DNA of 32,000 bases from Fibrobacter succinogenes subsp. succinogenes S85. GTDB lineage: Bacteria > Fibrobacterota > Fibrobacteria > Fibrobacterales > Fibrobacteraceae. Below are positions 15,994-24,225 of the stretch, piece by piece; the first letter of the stretch is position 1, and each line of letters starts with the position of its first letter. The stretch is from positions 420,001 to 452,000 of the forward strand of contig NC_017448.1 in assembly GCF_000146505.1 (NCBI RefSeq), written 5' to 3'. Position numbers and translations under genes: made by a program. Below the pieces are notes generated by a model that worked only from the letters and a program-made list of their open reading frames with translations, was not told where the DNA came from and made no database searches.

Positions 15994-16728
15994 TTACTTG
16001 GCTTCCTTCAACATCTTTTCGACGAGATCCGGGCTGAAGCGGTCCTGACGCTTGCCGTTGATGTAGAAGTTCGGAGTTCCCTGAACGCCGACCTTGACGC
16101 CCAACTGGAAGTCCTTGTCGATGCGAGCGTTCATAGCAGAATCGAGAACCATGTCCTTCTTGAACTGTTCGATGTTGAGGCCAATTTCCTTAGCAACAGC
16201 GAGGTAGACGGAATCGGAGAGTTCGCGGGAGTGCGGTGCGAGAGCATAGCGGTATTCCCAGAACTTGCCCTGCTTCTGAGCTGCGATAGAAGATGCTGCA
16301 GCGGCCTTAGCATTGGAGTGGAAGCTGAGCGGGAAGTGCTTGTAGACGAACTTGATTTCGTTCGGGTACTTCTTGTTGAGTTCCTGCATAGCCGGAGCGA
16401 TGCGAGAGCAGTACGGGCATTGGAATTCGGTGAATTCAACAATCGTGAGCTTCGGGCTCTTGGTGTTGCCAAAGACCGGGCTGTCTTCGTCCGGGATGTC
16501 CCAAACCTTGTTGTCGGCTTCCATTTCGGCACGGGCCTGTTCGAGGGAGATGCCGCGCTTTTCAAGAGCGTACTTGAAGATTTCAAATTCTTCCTTAACC
16601 TGCTTGAAATCCTTTTCAAGGGAGTCGAGGCGAGCCTGCTGGTTGAACGAACCGCCAGCGGAAGCTTGGTTGCAAGCAACGAGGCCGGAGACTACGAGAG
16701 CCATAGCAAAGAGAGAGAGACGTTTCAT
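15994..16728 (-). CDS. DsbA-family thiol:disulfide oxidoreductase lipoprotein
   Basis: 244 aa with a lipobox signal (MKRLSLFAMALVVSGLVAC). The thioredoxin fold has the active site FQCPYC. An N-terminal ~60-aa coiled-coil-like segment precedes it. Confidence 0.85.
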   Translation of the reverse strand: MKRLSLFAMALVVSGLVACNQASAGGSFNQQARLDSLEKDFKQVKEEFEIFKYALEKRGISLEQARAEMEADNKVWDIPDEDSPVFGNTKSPKLTIVEFTEFQCPYCSRIAPAMQELNKKYPNEIKFVYKHFPLSFHSNAKAAAASSIAAQKQGKFWEYRYALAPHSRELSDSVYLAVAKEIGLNIEQFKKDMVLDSAMNARIDKDFQLGVKVGVQGTPNFYINGKRQDRFSPDLVEKMLKEAK

Positions 16729-16999
16729 TTTAGTCCTTTAAGTTAAAGCTTGAGGGCACAATCAGCCCACGATGTGTGAGAAATATAATAACGAAAACTT
16801 ACTTTGATTGAAGAAAAACATCAAAAAAGCATACACAATCGTCTCATCTGTATCCGACAAAATCAATTGTAAAATCCGAATTTTTGACCATTTTTCGCCA
16901 ATCAGGATCCGTAACTATATACAAATCAACAAGTTACAAAAATGAGGGCATGAAAATCGTGACTAGAATCGCACGAAAAGAATTTACAATTTGGTACAC

Positions 17000-17020
17000 A
17001 GTAGGAAGTCGGAAGTTGAA
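17000..17020 (+). repeat. Heptad array AGTAGGA-AGTCGGA-AGTTGAA (left arm, metXW leader)
   Basis: Three consecutive 7-nt units read directly from the sequence. AGTAGGAAGT(c)GG is complementary to 17116..17128. Confidence 0.8.
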
Positions 17021-17095
17021 GTGTTTAAAGGTTGCTGGATTTATAAGCAACAATAAACAAAAGCTATGATCAAAAAACAAAAGGCGAAAGCCCAA

Positions 17096-17128
17096 CCTAT
17101 TCCTACTGTCTACCGCCTACTTCCTACT
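17096..17128 (-). repeat. Heptad array AGTAGGA-AGTAGGC-GGTAGAC-AGTAGGA-ATAGG (right arm, inverted)
   Basis: Reverse complement of cctattcctactgtctaccgcctacttcctact. It lies 19 nt upstream of the metXW ATG 17147. Confidence 0.8.
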
Positions 17129-17146
17129 AAAACTTTACTATCTTTT

Positions 17147-18979
17147 ATGCATATGAGTGAATATTTGCATAAATCGTTTGGTCCCGTAATCCCCAAGGAT
17201 TTCAACAAGGATTATGGTGAACAGGGCTTTTTGCTGGAAAGCGGCAAGACGCTCCCGGCCCTGACCATCCGTTACGAAACGTACGGCACATTGAACGCCG
17301 CCGGCGATAACGCCGTGTGGGTTTGTTCGCCGTTGACCGCCGATGCGCACGCCGCCGGCTGGTACACCGAAAATGACAAGAAGCCCGGCTGGTGGGACGA
17401 ACTCATCGGACCTGGCAAGGCTATCGATACAGACCGATTCTTTGTAGTTTGCAGCAACATCCTTGGCGGATGCAAGGGCTCGACCGGCCCGGCAACAATC
17501 AACCCGCGCACGGGCAAGCCCTACGGCAGCACCTTCCCTACCATTACGATAGGCGACATGGTACACGCCCAGAAAGAACTTGCAGACGGTCTTGGCATCA
17601 AGGAATTCTACAGCGTCATCGGCGGATCCATGGGTGGATTCCAGGCGATGAAATGGGCAATTTACTACCCGGAACAGGTGAAGCGCATCATCGTGATTGC
17701 AAGCTCTCCGCGCTTTTCTAGCCAGGCGCTCGGCTTTGAAGTTGTAGCCCGCGATGTCATCACGCAGGACCCGAACTTCCACGGTGGCGACTATTACGAT
17801 GAAGGTAAAACAAGACCGGACATCGGCCTTGCGAACGCCCGCAAGCTCGCGCACATCACGTACCTCTCTGCCGTTGGCATGGAGAAAAAGTTCAAGCGCG
17901 CCCAGGACCAGGAGAACAGAAGCCACGCCGTCACTTACTCGACGCCGTACGACTTGAACCTCCCGATTGAAAGCTACTTACGTTATCAGGGAACGAAGTT
18001 CGTCGACCGTTTTGATGCGAACAGCTACTTGCACATCGCACATGCGACCGACGCATTCGACCTTGAAACCGAATACGGCAGCATAGAAAACGCCTTCAAG
18101 GGCATCAAGGCTGAAGTCCTGAACGTGAACCTTTCAACCGACTGGCTTTTCCCGCCGCACGAGAGCCGCCGCATTACAAGCGCACTCCTCAATACCGGCA
18201 AGACCGTGACGAGCCTCGAACTTGACACGCAATTTGGTCATGACGGATTCTTGATTGAAGTGGGCGAACTCGGCAAGGCTGTAGGCCGCTTCCTCGATTC
18301 AAAGATTATCCCGCAGAACGGAACGCAGGCAGTACCTGTATTCCACGACCAGAACGACTTCCAGCGCATCAGCAAGCTCGTGAAGGAAGGTAGCCATGTA
18401 CTCGACCTCGGTTGCGGCAGTGGCGACTTGCTAGATTACCTTATCCGCAAGAAAAACGTCACGGGCTTTGGCATCGAAAAGAACATCAAGGGAATTCTCG
18501 ACTGCCTCGAAAAAGACGTACAAGTTATCCAGCGCGACTTGGATGAAAGTGGTCTCACGGACATCAAGGATGGCAGTTTCGACTATGCGATTATCAACCG
18601 CACGATTCAGGAAATCCGCGACCCGGTCGCCCTTTTGAACGAGCTTTTGCGCGTCGCAAAGCAGGTCATCGTGACGTTCCCGAATTTCGGCCACTGGTCT
18701 GCCCGCGGAAGCCTGATGCTCCACGGCCGTATGCCGATTTCGAAGGAACTCCCCTACGAATGGTACGACACGCCGAACATCCGCGTGCTTACGCTCAAGG
18801 ACTTCTATACCTTGTGCAACAAGGAAGGTTTCAAGATTGAAAACTTGCACTTCCAGAATGAACACAAGATAAGCAAGTTCCTGACCGCCATAGGCCTGCC
18901 GAACTTTGGCGCCGAACATGTGATCGCGACTATTAGTAAATTAGACGAAAGACGAGAGACGAGAGACGAAAGAGGATAA
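17147..18979 (+). CDS. metX: Homoserine O-acetyltransferase MetX fused to a MetW domain
   Basis: Track ORF 17066..18979. The first 27 codons are encoded by the heptad repeat element, so ATG 17147 is preferred. The MetX part has LTIRYETYGTLN and a GGSMGG nucleophile elbow. The MetW part from about residue 400 has the VLDLGCGSGDLLDYL methyltransferase-like motif. The last ~11 codons (DERRETRDERG) come from an (AGACGAR)n element. Confidence 0.9.
   Translation: MHMSEYLHKSFGPVIPKDFNKDYGEQGFLLESGKTLPALTIRYETYGTLNAAGDNAVWVCSPLTADAHAAGWYTENDKKPGWWDELIGPGKAIDTDRFFVVCSNILGGCKGSTGPATINPRTGKPYGSTFPTITIGDMVHAQKELADGLGIKEFYSVIGGSMGGFQAMKWAIYYPEQVKRIIVIASSPRFSSQALGFEVVARDVITQDPNFHGGDYYDEGKTRPDIGLANARKLAHITYLSAVGMEKKFKRAQDQENRSHAVTYSTPYDLNLPIESYLRYQGTKFVDRFDANSYLHIAHATDAFDLETEYGSIENAFKGIKAEVLNVNLSTDWLFPPHESRRITSALLNTGKTVTSLELDTQFGHDGFLIEVGELGKAVGRFLDSKIIPQNGTQAVPVFHDQNDFQRISKLVKEGSHVLDLGCGSGDLLDYLIRKKNVTGFGIEKNIKGILDCLEKDVQVIQRDLDESGLTDIKDGSFDYAIINRTIQEIRDPVALLNELLRVAKQVIVTFPNFGHWSARGSLMLHGRMPISKELPYEWYDTPNIRVLTLKDFYTLCNKEGFKIENLHFQNEHKISKFLTAIGLPNFGAEHVIATISKLDERRETRDERG
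18941..18973 (+). repeat. Heptad array AGACGAA-AGACGAG-AGACGAG-AGACGAA-AGAGGA
   Basis: Read directly from the sequence. It overlaps the metXW 3' end and supplies AGAGGA 6-7 nt upstream of the yicC ATG 18981. Confidence 0.85.
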
Positions 18980-18980
18980 A

Positions 18981-19862
18981 ATGTCTATTATCTCCATGAC
19001 CGGGTTCGGTAAGAGCGAATCCACATTGCAAGGAATCACGTGCGTTATCGAAGTGCGCAGCGTGAACAGCCGTTTCCTCGAAATTTCGAGCAAGATTCCA
19101 AAGAACTTCGCCTACCTCGAAAACGATTTCAAGGCACAAATCAAGGACAAGCTCGTTCGCGGTTCCGTGAACTTTTCGATTACGCTTGGCGCAGGCAACG
19201 CCGGGAACATTCCCGTTTGCTACAACGAAGCCGCCGTGGCAAAGTTCGTGGAAATAACGAAAGCGATGCAGAAGAAGTACGGCATTGCAGGCGACATCAA
19301 GCTTGAACATGTGCTTGCCATCCCTGAGGTTTTGCAGTTCACGGACGGCAATGGCGACAACGAAGTCTGGGAAAAACACCTGAAGGCAGAACTCGACAAG
19401 GCTTTGGACGGCGTCATCGCCATGCGCGAAAAAGAAGGCGCAAACCTCGCCGTGGACCTCACCCGTCGCGTAATCCACCTGAACGAAGTCATCGATAAAG
19501 TCGAAGTTCTCGATCCGCAACGCATTGAAACGTGGAAGGTCAAGTTCCGCGAACGCATCAATACGCTCATGAAGGATTCCGAAATCGACGAAGTCCGCCT
19601 CTTGCAAGAAGCCTGCATCATGGCCGACAAGCTCGACATCCACGAAGAAATCACGAGATTCAGAAGCCACAACAAGCTGTTCCTCGACGCACTCGCCAAG
19701 GGCGGCGCCCAGGGCAAGAACCTCGGGTTTATCCTCCAGGAAATGGGTCGTGAAGCGAATACGCTTGGCACCAAGTGCCAAAATGCCGAAATCGCAGCAC
19801 TTGCCATCGAACTCAAGAACGAGATTGAGTGCATTAGGGAACAATCAATGAACGTGGCATAA
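18981..19862 (+). CDS. yicC: YicC-family protein (stress-induced endoribonuclease family)
   Basis: 293 aa with the typical N-terminus MSIISMTGFGKSE and a C-terminal DUF1732-like block NLGFILQEMGREANTLGTK. Confidence 0.9.
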   Translation: MSIISMTGFGKSESTLQGITCVIEVRSVNSRFLEISSKIPKNFAYLENDFKAQIKDKLVRGSVNFSITLGAGNAGNIPVCYNEAAVAKFVEITKAMQKKYGIAGDIKLEHVLAIPEVLQFTDGNGDNEVWEKHLKAELDKALDGVIAMREKEGANLAVDLTRRVIHLNEVIDKVEVLDPQRIETWKVKFRERINTLMKDSEIDEVRLLQEACIMADKLDIHEEITRFRSHNKLFLDALAKGGAQGKNLGFILQEMGREANTLGTKCQNAEIAALAIELKNEIECIREQSMNVA

Positions 19863-19927
19863 GGCTAAAGCCGAGCGCGCGGAAATTCTCAACACCATTT
19901 CTCAACATGGATTTTTTATCCATAAAA

Positions 19928-19955
19928 AGCCCTACGAAAGTAGGGCTTTTTGTTT
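19928..19955. terminator. Rho-independent terminator (bidirectional shape) after yicC
   Basis: AAAAAGCCCTAC-GAAA-GTAGGGCTTTTTGTTT: an 8-bp stem and GNRA loop, flanked by A and T runs. Confidence 0.75.
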
Positions 19956-20010
19956 CAAAACAATCTAACTTATAAATAGAAAGAATAAAACATCCACACT
20001 CCAACAACAA

Positions 20011-20043
20011 GCGTCTCGTGCAAATCGCACGGGACGCTTTTTG
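20011..20043 (+). terminator. Second rho-independent terminator (orphan)
   Basis: GCGTCTCGTGC-aaatc-GCACGGGACGC (11-bp stem including one G-U) followed by TTTTTGG. It lies about 55 nt downstream of the first terminator. Confidence 0.6.
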
Positions 20044-20082
20044 GTAATACTGAAAAAAGACACCTTTTTAAAGGTCTTTCCC

Positions 20083-21339
20083 CTATTTGGCTACAAGGCG
20101 GGCAGCGCATTCACGAGCGTCGCGGAGGATTTCTTCTTCCCCATCGACATGGCGACCGCGCATCACGAACTTGCCATTGCACATGACAGAGTCAATTGCA
20201 CTAGAATTTGCAGAATAGACCCAGTTGCTATAGATGTTATAGCACGGCACCATACGTTCGTTATTCAAGTCAATCAGCAAGCAATCCGCAAGACAGCCTT
20301 CTGCAATGCGCCCTGCATTGATTCCAAAGAACTGCGCAACATTGCATGTAGCCATCTTGAGAGCTTCTTCTGCCGGGAGCGTTTCTGCCGTTCCGAGATA
20401 CTTCGCCAAAAGCGCAATCGTCTTCATTTCTTCTTGCATGTCGAGATTATTATTCGACGAATCGCCATCCGTGCCAAGACCAAGCTTCATGCCGTCCTTG
20501 AGCATTTCGGCAACCTGCGGAATGCCGCTGTTCAGCTTCATGTTGGAGCACGGGTTCAGAATTGCGGTTGCACCCGATTCCGCAAAAATCTTGCGGTCAG
20601 AGGCCGTGAAATGCGTGCAGTGCGCTGCCGAGAAATTTGAATTCAAGCCGCCAAGGCGCTTCCAAAATTCCACAGGAGTACAGCCGAACTGTTCCATGCA
20701 ATTCTTAATTTCGGTCATCGTTTCGGACAAATGCGTGTGAATCTTGTAATTCTCGGCATGAGCAAGTTCAATGAGTTCTGCAGTTTTCTCCTCGCCCACC
20801 GTGTAAATTGCATGCGGCATTACCACGAGCTGCACACGTTCCGATTCGCCCGTGTGATTCTTCAAGAAATCGACATTCGCCGCCCAAGCTTCTGGCGACA
20901 TCAGCGGTTCCGCAAACGTAACGCCAATTGCCGCACGGATTCCCATCTCTTCGACAACGCGCATCGTCTGTTCACGATGCCAATACATGTCCGTAAAAAA
21001 TACCGTTCCCGACTTGATCATTTCGAGAACTGCAAGGTGGCTCCCAACAGCGATATCGTCAGGCGTGAGTTTCGCTTCTGTCGGCCAAATGTATTCGTTG
21101 AGCCATTTGCCAAGTTCCATGTCATCGGCAAAACCGCGCAACAAGCTCATCGCCGCATGCGTATGGCCGTTATAGAAAGCAGGCATAATCGCGAAATGCG
21201 AACAATCAACGATTTCAGCGCCTTCGTAATCAGCAAGTTCCAGCGGACGCGTCACCTTTTCAAAGAGATTACCGACAATCAAGATGTCGCGCTTTGCGCC
21301 ATCAAAAAACACATTTTTTAGAACAATCTTTTTGTCCAT
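20083..21339 (-). CDS. mtaD: 5-methylthioadenosine/S-adenosylhomocysteine deaminase-type amidohydrolase
   Basis: 418 aa amidohydrolase with metal-ligand blocks NGHTHAAMSLLRGFADDMELGKWL, HTHLSET and LGTDGDSSNN. Confidence 0.85.
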   Translation of the reverse strand: MDKKIVLKNVFFDGAKRDILIVGNLFEKVTRPLELADYEGAEIVDCSHFAIMPAFYNGHTHAAMSLLRGFADDMELGKWLNEYIWPTEAKLTPDDIAVGSHLAVLEMIKSGTVFFTDMYWHREQTMRVVEEMGIRAAIGVTFAEPLMSPEAWAANVDFLKNHTGESERVQLVVMPHAIYTVGEEKTAELIELAHAENYKIHTHLSETMTEIKNCMEQFGCTPVEFWKRLGGLNSNFSAAHCTHFTASDRKIFAESGATAILNPCSNMKLNSGIPQVAEMLKDGMKLGLGTDGDSSNNNLDMQEEMKTIALLAKYLGTAETLPAEEALKMATCNVAQFFGINAGRIAEGCLADCLLIDLNNERMVPCYNIYSNWVYSANSSAIDSVMCNGKFVMRGRHVDGEEEILRDARECAARLVAK

Positions 21340-21486
21340 TGCAATTTTCCCCTATTTTCGACAAGACCGCACGAGTCTAATACAACCGCACGAGCCTTTC
21401 GCCTTCATTAAACTTAATCAGGCTCGTGCTCTCGCCGACACGACTCGTTAATACGAGTCCCTTTCGGCTCACAACCTGATGTGCGC

Positions 21487-22914
21487 TTATCGATCTTCTA
21501 AAAGTTGTTTGACGTAACATGCATATTCCTTTAAGCTAGGATCTCTTGCCCCCATCAGCAAAATCGTGTCACCCGGCTCTGCATATTCTAGCATTTTCTT
21601 GGCGCACTCGTTGCGGTCAGCAATGTAAATAGCCTCACAACCCTTGAGAATCAAGTCATCTGCAAGGTCGCCTGCGCTAATGTCACGCGTAACAGTTCCG
21701 CCAGCGTAATAGATTTCGCTGAAGAACATCACATCGTTCTTGCGGTCAAAATCCATGTCCATCGGGCGGAGCGTCTTGGCGATAAAGTCCACCAAGTCCT
21801 TGCGCAAGAATCGCGTCGGACCAAAGCCATGCGGCTGGAACCAAGCAATCACGCGGCCTTCAGTAAAGTCCTGGGCGCTTTTGATGCTTGCGGCAATTTT
21901 CGCCGGATTGTGAGCAAAGTCATCGACAAGCGTAATGCCGTTAAACGTTCCGAGAATCTGGTGACGGCGGAACACGCCCGGGAAAGACGAAAGCGCATCG
22001 GCACAAGTGTGGAGCGAAACGCCCGCGCGGAGCGCGGCAGCAGTTGCGGCTAAAGCATTTTCCATATTGTGCTTGCCCGGTAGCGGAATTTCGAACTTCA
22101 CAAGTTCATTGCCATGACGCACGCGGAACTGAATATGCGTTCCGACAGACTTAAAGTCAATTCCCTGGACGCTCACATAGCTTTCATAGCCAAAGTCAAA
22201 TTCACGACCGGCGCTAAACTTCTTTGCGAGCGGGTGTGCATCGTTCACAATCAGAATGTGACCTGCGCTCAAGACGTTCTGGCTGAACTTCAAGAAAATT
22301 TGTTCGAGCTCGGAGATTTCCTTGTGGTCCTTATCAATGTTCAGAATAACGCCGATTTCCGGTTCATAGCGAACAAGCGTTCCATCGCTTTCATCGACTT
22401 CGGCAACAAGCCATTCACCCTTGCCACTCACGGCGTTACCAATCTTGCCCTGAGCTTGCAAATTCACGAGGCCAGCCCCCGTCATCACAGACGGCTGGAG
22501 TCCAGCATAATCGAGAATGTGGTAAACCATCGCGGTCACCGTCGACTTTCCGCTCGTACCACTAATCGCAATCGTGCGTGCTTCCTTGGAAATCTTCGCA
22601 AGCATTTCACTGCGGTGCATCACTGGGACGCCAAGTTCCTTCGCACGCTTCAAATCCGGATTCGAATCTTCAATAGCGGTGCTCACCACAACTGCGGTAA
22701 GTCCTTCGACAACGCCGGAACCATCCTGCGCAAAGCACTTGATTCCGCAATCTTCAAGTTGGCTCATGACAAGCGGCTTCTCGGCATTTCCGTTCAGGAA
22801 CTCGCCAAACTGACGGTCGCTACCGCTTACAGCAACGCCCTTGCCCACCAAATACTGCGCGATGGCACTCATGCCCACGCCAGCAACACCGATAAAGAAG
22901 TAAGAATTAGTCAT
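21487..22914 (-). CDS. Mur ligase family protein, MurC-like (UDP-N-acetylmuramate--L-alanine ligase type)
   Basis: 475 aa with a MurC-type N-terminus FIGVAGVGMSAIAQYLVGKGVAVSGSD, an ATP P-loop GTSGKSTVT and the Mur ligase middle and C-terminal domains. It is not in a dcw cluster, so it may be a paralog or a recycling ligase. Confidence 0.7.
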   Translation of the reverse strand: MTNSYFFIGVAGVGMSAIAQYLVGKGVAVSGSDRQFGEFLNGNAEKPLVMSQLEDCGIKCFAQDGSGVVEGLTAVVVSTAIEDSNPDLKRAKELGVPVMHRSEMLAKISKEARTIAISGTSGKSTVTAMVYHILDYAGLQPSVMTGAGLVNLQAQGKIGNAVSGKGEWLVAEVDESDGTLVRYEPEIGVILNIDKDHKEISELEQIFLKFSQNVLSAGHILIVNDAHPLAKKFSAGREFDFGYESYVSVQGIDFKSVGTHIQFRVRHGNELVKFEIPLPGKHNMENALAATAAALRAGVSLHTCADALSSFPGVFRRHQILGTFNGITLVDDFAHNPAKIAASIKSAQDFTEGRVIAWFQPHGFGPTRFLRKDLVDFIAKTLRPMDMDFDRKNDVMFFSEIYYAGGTVTRDISAGDLADDLILKGCEAIYIADRNECAKKMLEYAEPGDTILLMGARDPSLKEYACYVKQLLEDR

Positions 22915-22935
22915 TGTTAGCTTGTAAGTTTTAGA

Positions 22936-24210
22936 TTAAAGCAATTCCGGGTCAATTGTGGGTTCGTAACCTGGTTCCACAAAGTCTTCCGGGGCAACTC
23001 CCTTACGGCGAGCAGCCTTCATCTGCTTGATGAGCTTGCGTTCGGCAGCAACGGCACGGCGCTTGGCGGCAGTCGCCTTTTTCTCGGCGAGGCGCTGGGC
23101 ACGAGTCTTGCGTTCCTTCACAGGAGCGGCTTCATCTGGCGAGATTTCCAGCGGTTCTTCGTATTCGTCAAATTCATCATCTTCGTCAAAGCGAATCTGC
23201 GCATCGAAATCGCGGAAGCCTTCTTCTTCGTCATATACAGGCGCCGATGCCGGGCATTCCTTCTTCAAGAGCTTGAGCACATTCGCAAACGGCTCTTCCA
23301 TCGGAACCTTGAACGTAAGCTTCTTGTTCGTGCGCGGATGAATGAGTTCAATCTTCACGGCCTGCAAAAGCTGCGCCGGAGCAATTTCAAGAACCTTCTC
23401 CGCCACCGGCTTCATCAGAGGCGGCACACGGTTCAAGCTTTCGTCACGACCATCGTAGAGCGGATCGCCCACGACCGGATGGCCCGTGTAACGGCTATGC
23501 ACACGAATCTGGTGCGTACGGCCAGATTCCAACTGCAATTCCAAGAGCGTTGCAATCGCAAAGAACTGCTTCGCCACATAATGCGTACGGCTTTCCTTAC
23601 CGCCCTTCACCACCGCCATCTTGAGGCGGTTCTTCGGATTGCGGCCAATCGGAGCGTCAATCGTTCCTTCGAGGTCACGCGGGCAACCCCATACAAGCGC
23701 ATTGTACGTGCGGTGGAGCGTGCGCGTTTCGAGCTGGTGCGCTAAATGCCTGTGTGCAGCGTCGTTTTTCGCGACCACCATAAGCCCCGGCGTATCCTTG
23801 TCCAGACGGTGGACAATACCCGGACGGAGCGGACCGTTCACGGTCGAAAGATTTTCCTTGAAGTGGTACAAGAGCGCTGCGGCAAGCGTTCCCTTGCTCA
23901 CGCCATTACCCGGATGCACCACCAAATTGCGCGGCTTGTTGATGACCACGATATCATCATCTTCGTAAACGATGTTCAGCGGAATATCCTCGGGTTCAAG
24001 AGTCGAAGATTCCTTCTCAATCATCTTTTCAACGACAACCGCCATCCCCGTTTCTACGCGGAAGTTCTTGGAGACTTTGCCACCGCCGACCTTGACTTCG
24101 CCCGCTTCAATCAGCTTCTGCACGTCTGTGCGGGAGACATTTTCCATAACGCCGACAAGGAACTTGTCGATACGTTCACCATTATGCTTTTCTTCTACGA
24201 TATAATTCAT
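22936..24210 (-). CDS. rluD: RluD-family 23S rRNA pseudouridine synthase with a long charged C-terminal extension
   Basis: 424 aa with an S4 domain at the N-terminus and the catalytic motif HRLDKDTPGLMVVAKN followed by RTHQIRVH. About 107 extra C-terminal residues are first acidic, then Lys/Arg/Ala-rich. Confidence 0.9.
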   Translation of the reverse strand: MNYIVEEKHNGERIDKFLVGVMENVSRTDVQKLIEAGEVKVGGGKVSKNFRVETGMAVVVEKMIEKESSTLEPEDIPLNIVYEDDDIVVINKPRNLVVHPGNGVSKGTLAAALLYHFKENLSTVNGPLRPGIVHRLDKDTPGLMVVAKNDAAHRHLAHQLETRTLHRTYNALVWGCPRDLEGTIDAPIGRNPKNRLKMAVVKGGKESRTHYVAKQFFAIATLLELQLESGRTHQIRVHSRYTGHPVVGDPLYDGRDESLNRVPPLMKPVAEKVLEIAPAQLLQAVKIELIHPRTNKKLTFKVPMEEPFANVLKLLKKECPASAPVYDEEEGFRDFDAQIRFDEDDEFDEYEEPLEISPDEAAPVKERKTRAQRLAEKKATAAKRRAVAAERKLIKQMKAARRKGVAPEDFVEPGYEPTIDPELL

Positions 24211-24225
24211 TTTTTGTATTAGGAT

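Noticed and set aside
17066-17146. A longer MetXW start at ATG 17066, and a 39-codon upstream ORF (16947..17069, MKIVTRIARKEF...) whose TGA overlaps that ATG (ATGA). This could be a leader peptide.
   Set aside because: The extra 27 codons (..PIPTVYRLLPT..) are simply the pyrimidine strand of the heptad repeat. The uORF has GAGGG only 1 nt from its ATG and is not enriched in Met or Cys codons as a methionine-sensing leader would be. There is no support beyond open frames.
16729-17146. A SAM-I or SAM-II riboswitch was expected upstream of metX.
   Set aside because: I could not locate the conserved SAM-I core elements (GAGGGA...CUGGC...GCAACC...GUGCUAA) or a SAM-II pseudoknot pattern by eye. 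The region is left as an unexplained structured leader and needs an Infernal scan.
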